DNA of 32,000 nucleotides from Patescibacteria group bacterium (GTDB lineage: Bacteria > Patescibacteriota > UBA1384 > XYA2-FULL-43-10), in the NCBI GenBank assembly GCA_041674405.1, contig JBAYVT010000005.1, forward strand, positions 112,284 to 144,283. Reading direction: 5' to 3'. The position numbers and the translations under genes are program-made. A model generated the notes under the pieces. That model was not told the DNA's origin, made no database searches, and saw only the letters and a program-made list of their open reading frames with translations. This document shows positions 26,501 to 32,000 of the stretch, in pieces (positions within the stretch are counted from its first letter, which is position 1; each line of letters opens with the position of its first letter).

Positions 26501-26528
26501 TTTTGATTTTTGAATTTTGATTTTTGAA
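26501..26528 (+). repeat. perfect tandem duplication of a 14-nt unit TTTTGATTTTTGAA just upstream of padR
   Basis: 26501-26514 is identical to 26515-26528. The repeat ends 17 nt before ATG 26546, and the SD GGAG lies in between. Confidence 0.8.
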
Positions 26529-26545
26529 TCTGAACGGAGTGAAAT

Positions 26546-26890
26546 ATGGATTTAGAAAATCCCGGATACTGGAGAAAACTTATCAACCAAGGGATGATTC
26601 GATTTTTTCTTTTAAAAGTTCTCTACAAAGACAAAGAAAGTTACGGATATAAGCTAGTCAAAAGAATTGAAGAATTGTCCGAAGGGATTTGCCGACCGAC
26701 TGAATCCACCATTTATCCCGCCCTTGATCAGCTTATGAAAGGTGGATATGTGACGATACAAGAAGTCTCCGCTGGGATGAGGACAAGAAAAGTATATTCT
26801 CTAAACGAGCAAGGCAGGAGCGCTTATCGCACTGCCGCCAAAGCATACGGAGAAATAATTCCCCTACTCCGCGAAGCAATAATGCTCTAA
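26546..26890 (+). CDS. PadR-family transcriptional regulator
   Basis: 114 aa. Winged-helix signature FFLLKVLYKDKESYGYKLVKRIEELSEG...STIYPALDQLMKGGYV...RKVYSLNEQG. Confidence 0.8.
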   Translation: MDLENPGYWRKLINQGMIRFFLLKVLYKDKESYGYKLVKRIEELSEGICRPTESTIYPALDQLMKGGYVTIQEVSAGMRTRKVYSLNEQGRSAYRTAAKAYGEIIPLLREAIML

Positions 26891-26933
26891 AATTGGTTAT
26901 ATTTAAAAATAACAAAATCTTGGTCTAAGATAA

Positions 26934-26977
26934 AAACGTAACAATTCTTCCGCGGTCGCGGAAGAATTGTTACGTTT
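26934..26977. terminator. 44-nt perfect palindrome (about 20-bp stem), probable bidirectional terminator after padR
   Basis: AAACGTAACAATTCTTCCGCG-GT-CGCGGAAGAATTGTTACGTTT. The A-run and T-run at the two ends give U-tracts on both strands. Confidence 0.55.
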
Positions 26978-27046
26978 CAGGGCTTGATAAGTGCCTAGAA
27001 GAAGTAAGATATTTTAAATTCTTGAGTTATAAAAAGTTAACAGCGA

Positions 27047-27076
27047 TAAAAAGCAAGAGCGGACAGCTGCTCTTGC
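27047..27076 (-). terminator. intrinsic terminator of the GC-rich 106-aa gene
   Basis: 8-bp stem GCAAGAGC / GCTCTTGC (27053-27076) followed on the minus strand by TTTTTAT. Confidence 0.6.
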
Positions 27077-27086
27077 CGTCCGCCGG

Positions 27087-27407
27087 TCACCCGAGAAGCT
27101 CGTTATGCCTCACCGGGTTGAAACTCATTACTTCCCATCCATGCTGGGCCTCTTCTAGGAGCACGTTTGGGTCATGTTCAACTTCGGTGTACTCGTGCAT
27201 GAGCATTCCGTCCTCCACTAGCGTGTATGCTTCATTGCCGCTACTGCCACCGTAGTTATACACCCTGATCGTCGCAATCCAGGGATCGAGAAGCCCAACC
27301 TCCAGCATCCATAAGAATGGCGCACTACCCTCGAACCTGGCAAACCCATTCTGCTCGCGCTGCCTTTGCAGCTCAAGGAGGATCAACCGCTTTTCTTTTT
27401 CGGTCAT
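27087..27407 (-). CDS. hypothetical 106-aa protein (GC-rich islet 3)
   Basis: SD GAGGTG lies 7 nt before ATG 27407. GC is about 50-57% in sampled lines (34/60 in 27301-27360), against AT-rich flanks. No motif recognised. Confidence 0.6.
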   Translation of the reverse strand: MTEKEKRLILLELQRQREQNGFARFEGSAPFLWMLEVGLLDPWIATIRVYNYGGSSGNEAYTLVEDGMLMHEYTEVEHDPNVLLEEAQHGWEVMSFNPVRHNELLG

Positions 27408-27426
27408 GCTTCGTCACCTCAAAAAT

Positions 27427-27456
27427 CAGTATAGATATATACTGAAAATAAATCAA
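27427..27456 (-). promoter_or_regulatory. promoter candidate with an overlapping 7-bp inverted repeat, upstream of the 106-aa gene
   Basis: Minus strand: TTGATT (27456..27451), 17-nt spacer, TATACT (27433..27428). The inverted repeat CAGTATA-N4-TATACTG (27427-27444) covers the -10. Confidence 0.45.
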
Positions 27457-27469
27457 AAGAGAACAAAAA

Positions 27470-27937
27470 TTATTTTGTCGCCGGCGGTTTGGCTCGTTTG
27501 CCAAGTAAATTTAGATCAAGATTTTCAATATCGGATAAAATTTTATTAGCATCGGCCGATATTTTTTGTTGTATATTTTTGTCAGTAATTTTTTGAGAAA
27601 AAATGAATTCTATCGTTTTATCAAAATCATTTTTGAATTTAGTGTTAATCTTCTTCCACTCAATATCCCTGAACGCTTCCGCTTCAGTTTCATCATACTT
27701 TATCACACTGCTTAGCATTAAAAATGCAATTGAAGGATATCCTAAATAACCCTGCCAATACGATCCATTGTCATTTGACATAATAGAATGTGAATCGGGG
27801 TTGTACACAACATCATAGTATTTCAAACCGTCAGATGAATAAACCTTAGCACTATTTCCATTTATATGAACCCTATTGTCAGCAATAGACCCCAAAGCTT
27901 CATATATCTTAATCTTTGGTGGCAATTTCCACTTCAT
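27470..27937 (-). CDS. hypothetical protein, 155 aa
   Basis: ORF abutting the pspC stop with no gap, which suggests an operon. No motif recognised. Confidence 0.6.
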   Translation of the reverse strand: MKWKLPPKIKIYEALGSIADNRVHINGNSAKVYSSDGLKYYDVVYNPDSHSIMSNDNGSYWQGYLGYPSIAFLMLSSVIKYDETEAEAFRDIEWKKINTKFKNDFDKTIEFIFSQKITDKNIQQKISADANKILSDIENLDLNLLGKRAKPPATK

Positions 27938-28402
27938 TTACTGGTCCATCCTGGAAAAAATTACTGCTAATCCAACAATGATAAGGATGAGGGGCCAAAG
28001 TTTGATGATGTGGGCAAAGGAAACAAAATTATTAGTCAAAAAAATTAAGCCGATGAAAATTAGAATGATTGCAAAGATGATTGTACCATCGCGGCGGCCT
28101 TTTGTTTTGGCAACATCTTTAACCTCGGATTTAAATTCTCGGGCAGCTCTTTTCATATTTTCTTTTGGGTCCGACTTGCCCCTTTTTGAACCGGCCAGAT
28201 CTTCAAAATATGATATTTCCCCTTCTTTTGGTACAACAAGCCACATAATTATATAAACTAAAACACCCGACCCACCCAAAAGAGTGAAGGCAACAAAAAT
28301 AATCCTGACAATGTTTGGGTCAATGTCGAAATATTCTCCTAAACCGCCACAGACTCCGGCAACCATTTTGTCTTTTTTTGAGCGCATTAGATTTTTTGCC
28401 AT
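27938..28402 (-). CDS. PspC-domain membrane protein
   Basis: 154 aa. N-terminal PspC signature KMVAGVCGGLGEYFDIDPNIVRIIFVAFTLLGGSGVLVYIIMWLVVP, plus additional C-terminal TM segments. Confidence 0.8.
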   Translation of the reverse strand: MAKNLMRSKKDKMVAGVCGGLGEYFDIDPNIVRIIFVAFTLLGGSGVLVYIIMWLVVPKEGEISYFEDLAGSKRGKSDPKENMKRAAREFKSEVKDVAKTKGRRDGTIIFAIILIFIGLIFLTNNFVSFAHIIKLWPLILIIVGLAVIFSRMDQ

Positions 28403-28433
28403 GATGCTCCTATAAAAAATTATGGATAAACCA

Positions 28434-28462
28434 TTGACCTAATTTAATCTATATTCTATACT
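28434..28462 (+). promoter_or_regulatory. near-consensus promoter for the Cys-rich micro-ORF
   Basis: TTGACC (28434-28439), 17-nt spacer, TATACT (28457-28462). It lies 36 nt upstream of ATG 28499. Confidence 0.55.
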
Positions 28463-28498
28463 ATTAATACTAAATTAGTAACCTTTTGAAAGGCAAAT

Positions 28499-28555
28499 AT
28501 GACAGATCCAAAAGATGAGGGATGCGGAAACTGCGGCGGATGCTGCGGTTGCTAA
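28499..28555 (+). CDS. 18-codon Cys-rich micro-ORF: MTDPKDEGCGNCGGCCGC
   Basis: ATG 28499, TAA 28553-28555. Five Cys and five Gly occur in the last 11 residues. A purine-rich GAAAGG lies upstream. It has its own promoter, and a terminator starts 3 nt after the stop. Too small for the ORF track. Confidence 0.45.
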   Translation: MTDPKDEGCGNCGGCCGC

Positions 28556-28582
28556 AAAATGCCCCCTAGGGGGCATTTTTTT
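28554..28582. terminator. bidirectional intrinsic terminator shared by the micro-ORF (+) and the ABC operon (-)
   Basis: AAAAAATGCCCC-CTAG-GGGGCATTTTTT. A GC stem flanked by an A-run and a T-run. It overlaps the stop of the 74-aa gene. Confidence 0.7.
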
Positions 28583-28805
28583 ATCCGCGCTCTTTTTTGT
28601 CATCGATTATCGTGAGAACTAGGAGAACAATCCCCAAAAGTGCAATTATTATTGATGCGATTAAGAAAATTCCGTAGTTGCTTTCATTGCCAGGCGATAC
28701 TGAATCGGCACTGATATTAAAATAACGGCTGGAAAACAAAATCACTAGCCCGCCGCCAATACAGGTAGAAATTACTCCCAGAAAAGATTTTGTTCTTGCT
28801 TTCAT
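28581..28805 (-). CDS. small two-TM membrane protein, 74 aa
   Basis: Two hydrophobic helices (FLGVISTCIGGGLVILF; GIFLIASIIIALLGIVLLVLTII). It is the last gene downstream of the ABC permease. Confidence 0.5.
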   Translation of the reverse strand: MKARTKSFLGVISTCIGGGLVILFSSRYFNISADSVSPGNESNYGIFLIASIIIALLGIVLLVLTIIDDKKERG

Positions 28806-28865
28806 AACTATAATTATTTCATAAACTCAATTGACTATATCAACTTTGTGGGCCAAGCAACTTAT

Positions 28866-30065
28866 TTATTCATAGCGTAACACATCAAGCGGCTTCACGC
28901 GAACTGCCCTCCTGGCAGGATAAATTCCCGTGATGATACCAACCAAGAGAGAAAAACCACCCATTACAAGCGCAAACAATAACGGCGTGTAAAACACGGT
29001 GATTGGAAACGCACCGGACCGGACAGCCATAGTCGAGATGCCGATATTAACCAACCACTCAAACACCAAGCCGATAATCACGCCCGAAACACCGCCAACG
29101 AATGCGATTAAGACAGATTCTGTCGTGAAAAGAAGAAAAATGTCACGGTTGCGCGCACCAATCACTTTAAGATATCCAACCTCTCTGGTTCTTTCCATCA
29201 AGGAAATCGTCAAAGTATTAAACATGCCAAGCAAGGCAACGATCATGGCTATAAAGCCCAGAATACCCAGGGCAACTTTTAAAATCGAGAAAATCTGATT
29301 GATCTGGGCTAACGTATCTGACACATTATCAGTTTTGTATCCCATATTTTCAATAGTTTTTCTGATCGTGGCAACCTCGGTTTGATCTGTGGCTTTCACT
29401 TTTATCATCGAAAAATTAACAGCACCGGCATTTTTGGCGGATTGTAAGGGGATATAAGCAAATGGAACCGACTCATCATCAATGATTCCAACCAGTTTAA
29501 ATTCCTGATTTGCAGAAGTTTTCGTCTCTCCGTTCTCGGTCAAATCCCTTGTTACTATTAGGTCAGCCGCAATATCTTTATCCAAAATTGTCGCCGCATC
29601 CTTTACCCCCAGAAGATTTAAAACGGCTTTGGATACAATTATATCTTTACTGCTCGCATCTGTACTTATAAATTTGCCTTGATCGGCTTTGATTTGATCA
29701 TATTCGGCAAAATTATTATCAATTGCATAAAAAACCGTGTCTGTCGCTGATTCACCAATTTTTAGTTTTCCTGCCAAATTAATGCTTTCACCTATTGAAT
29801 CAACCTGGGTAATCTCAGAAATTTTGTTGTTTGTATCATCGGTAAGTTTTACCACATTCGAATCTCCGGATGTAACATCAATAATTGAAAACGCGTCAAA
29901 CTTAACCACCTGATCTGTAACAAGCCTCTGGAGGCCATAACCCAAGGAGACGAGAAACATAATCGCGCCAATACCAATGATCACACCAATTAACGTAAGT
30001 ATTGTTCTCGAACGATGTACTGATAGATTTCGATAAGATAGATATAAAATTTGGATTAATTTCAT
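28866..30065 (-). CDS. ABC transporter permease, FtsX/MacB type
   Basis: 399 aa. N-terminal TM segment, ~220-aa extracytoplasmic domain, and a C-terminal three-TM FtsX-like bundle. ATGA overlap with the ATPase gene. Confidence 0.85.
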   Translation of the reverse strand: MKLIQILYLSYRNLSVHRSRTILTLIGVIIGIGAIMFLVSLGYGLQRLVTDQVVKFDAFSIIDVTSGDSNVVKLTDDTNNKISEITQVDSIGESINLAGKLKIGESATDTVFYAIDNNFAEYDQIKADQGKFISTDASSKDIIVSKAVLNLLGVKDAATILDKDIAADLIVTRDLTENGETKTSANQEFKLVGIIDDESVPFAYIPLQSAKNAGAVNFSMIKVKATDQTEVATIRKTIENMGYKTDNVSDTLAQINQIFSILKVALGILGFIAMIVALLGMFNTLTISLMERTREVGYLKVIGARNRDIFLLFTTESVLIAFVGGVSGVIIGLVFEWLVNIGISTMAVRSGAFPITVFYTPLLFALVMGGFSLLVGIITGIYPARRAVRVKPLDVLRYE

Positions 30066-30805
30066 TTACTCTCCTTCAGCGTGGCTACTTCTTGCTCAAG
30101 CTGTTTTGCTATATCGGCAACCGACTGAGACGCTACCACTCCATCACGCATGGCAATTTTGACCGTAGCATACGGCAAATAAACCAAATTGTGAGTAACC
30201 ATAATTATTGTTCTTTTTGATTCCAGGTTCAGCCGTTGAAATATCGCCATTGTTGCATCGGAATTATGCGTATCAAGATTGCCAGTGGGCTCATCAGCTA
30301 TGATAATCCAGGGATTACGGATAAGCGCCCTTGCGATTGAAACTCTTTGTTGCTGACCACCGGAAAGTTTATTCGGTGGGTTGTCGGCAAATTCCTCCAT
30401 TCCGATCTCTGAGAGAACATCAAGAGCTCTTTTTTTTGAACCAGAAAAAGAATTGCCCTTAAGCACAAGCGGAATCGCAACATTTTGCCAAACATTCAGG
30501 GAATTCACCCAGTGTGACGATTGTGAAATTATTCCAAACTTTTCAGATCTAAATTGCGCCCTCTGATCATCCGATAATGAATATAGGTCTTCTTCTCTCA
30601 CAACAACTTTGCCTGTGGTCGGTGCCTCAAGGCCTGAAATAACATTCAAAAGAGTTGACTTGCCGCACCCAGAAGGACCATAAATAATTGCAAAATCTTT
30701 CGGATGGATTTCAAGATCAACGCCGTTTAGGGCGTGAACTTTATTTATTCCGAGATCAAAAGATTTCGTCACCTTTTCAATTTTGATTATTGATTCCAAG
30801 CTCAT
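30062..30805 (-). CDS. ABC transporter ATP-binding protein (MacB/LolD/FtsE-like)
   Basis: 247 aa. Walker A GPSGCGKST, signature LSGGQQQR, Walker B IIADEPTGNLD, H-loop VTHN. Confidence 0.9.
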   Translation of the reverse strand: MSLESIIKIEKVTKSFDLGINKVHALNGVDLEIHPKDFAIIYGPSGCGKSTLLNVISGLEAPTTGKVVVREEDLYSLSDDQRAQFRSEKFGIISQSSHWVNSLNVWQNVAIPLVLKGNSFSGSKKRALDVLSEIGMEEFADNPPNKLSGGQQQRVSIARALIRNPWIIIADEPTGNLDTHNSDATMAIFQRLNLESKRTIIMVTHNLVYLPYATVKIAMRDGVVASQSVADIAKQLEQEVATLKESK

Positions 30806-30829
30806 TACCCCTCACCTAGTCTTTTTTTA

Positions 30830-30858
30830 AATATACAATATTTATTCCCAACCCGCAA
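30830..30858 (-). promoter_or_regulatory. promoter candidate for the ABC operon
   Basis: Minus strand: TTGCGG (30858..30853), 17-nt spacer, TATATT (30835..30830). SD GGTGAGGGG precedes ATG 30805. Confidence 0.35.
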
Positions 30859-31026
30859 TTTTCATTATCTGAAGAATATTTTTACCCGCGAAAACGCCCG
30901 CTGAAAAGTGTTCAAGTATGTGATTATTTAAGGCGAATTGCTGGGCCTTTTGGGTGAAAATATTATTGCCTTAACCTAGTCCCGGAAAAGATTAATGGAA
31001 ATAAAAAAGGCTTTAAAAAACTCTAT

Positions 31027-31147
31027 GTTGGCGGCGTCCTACTCTCCCGGGACCTTTTTTATCCCGCGAAGCTTCAGCGAAGTGGGGCGATCCAAGTACC
31101 ATCCCCCTTCGCTCTTCGAGCTACGGAGGGACAAGTCGGCGCTGAAA
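31027..31147 (-). pseudogene. 3' half of an outer 5S rRNA copy carrying two GC-rich insertions
   Basis: 31027-31057 is identical to 31164-31194 of the intact 5S. 31089-31103 equals 31196-31210, and 31138-31146 equals 31211-31219. Inserts lie at 31058-31088 and 31104-31137. Confidence 0.7.
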
Positions 31148-31163
31148 ATAAAAAATACTTAGT

Positions 31164-31279
<116 letters not shown>

Positions 31280-31297
31280 ACTAAGTATTCTTTAAAT

Positions 31298-31414
31298 GTG
31301 CTTCCTGCCCCGCGTAGCTTTACGCGGAGTGGGGTCTGCTCGGAATGGGAAGAGGTGTACCCACTTCGCCACCCGTCTCGCCTGCGGCGAAGCCGAGGCG
31401 GAAAACCACCAACA
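31298..31414 (-). pseudogene. 5' half of an outer 5S rRNA copy carrying two GC-rich insertions
   Basis: 31402-31430 is identical to 31268-31296 (helix I 5' strand plus a 17-nt leader). 31335-31370 equals 31232-31267 with one mismatch at 31339. Inserts lie at 31371-31401 and 31305-31334. It ends in GAAGCAC, which is the 5S sequence GAAGUUAAGCAC lacking 5 nt. Confidence 0.7.
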
Positions 31415-31624
31415 CTAAGTATTCTTTAAAGCCTAATATTTTATGCTTTTAATTTTAAACTCTATTGCCACACAGGACAGGGCAATAAGTAGTGCCATGT
31501 CCTTGTACGGTAATACAGATTTGAGCTAGGATCTTACACACAAGAAGAATAAATCATCCTGTGCGAAGTATCATTAACGCTCGAAGTTTTACTGGGAGTT
31601 CCAGTAATTGCTAGTCAAACAATA

Positions 31625-32000
<376 letters not shown>

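Noticed and set aside
17746-27460. GC-rich islets as parts of a prophage, ICE or transposon
   Set aside because: No integrase, transposase, phage structural gene, flanking tRNA or clear terminal or direct repeats are present. The islets are separated by ordinary low-GC housekeeping operons.
28499-28555. Cys-rich micro-ORF as a classical attenuation leader peptide
   Set aside because: There is no same-strand gene downstream of its terminator. The next genes are convergent. Read-through would only produce antisense RNA to the ABC operon, which is speculative.

Overview
Low-GC bacterial chromosome segment. Hand counts of single 60-nt lines in housekeeping genes give about one third GC. Almost everything is transcribed on the minus strand. 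The gene content and compact layout fit a small-genome, possibly Patescibacteria/CPR-like organism, but taxonomy cannot be established from this window.

Gene order, left to right:
- 5' part of tyrS (-).
- A class A PBP with a long C-terminal Ig/FN3-like tail (+).
- radA and recJ (-).
- A compact dcw/mur cluster, read right to left: mraZ, FtsL-like, class B PBP, mraY, murD, ftsW, murG, murC, murB, ftsQ. It lacks rsmH, murE, murF, ddl, ftsA and ftsZ.
- glyQS (-).
- A recO / M15 dipeptidase / GlmU-N-domain-only operon (-).
- An operon of a 331-aa orphan, fpg, an HGT-motif protein and a degenerate CYTH protein (-).
- padR (+).
- A pspC module (-).
- A FtsX/MacB-type ABC pair (-).
- The tail of an rRNA operon: 23S 3' end and 5S (-).

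No tRNA, CRISPR array, transposase or integrase was seen.

Most unusual observations:
1. The 5S locus. A canonical 116-nt 5S gene with its own flanks sits inside a second 5S copy. The two halves of that outer copy carry four 30-34 nt GC-rich insertions related to the 5S helix II sequence.
2. Three sharply GC-rich islets in the AT-rich backbone: 19.2-20.2 kb (next to a GC-elevated glyQS), 22.6-23.05 kb and 27.05-27.41 kb. Each encodes orphan proteins with strong Shine-Dalgarno sites and its own hairpin terminator.
3. An 18-codon Cys-rich micro-ORF (MTDPKDEGCGNCGGCCGC) with a near-consensus promoter and its own terminator, convergent with the ABC exporter operon.
4. A well-formed MraZ operator and a leader mini-ORF in front of the FtsL-like gene.
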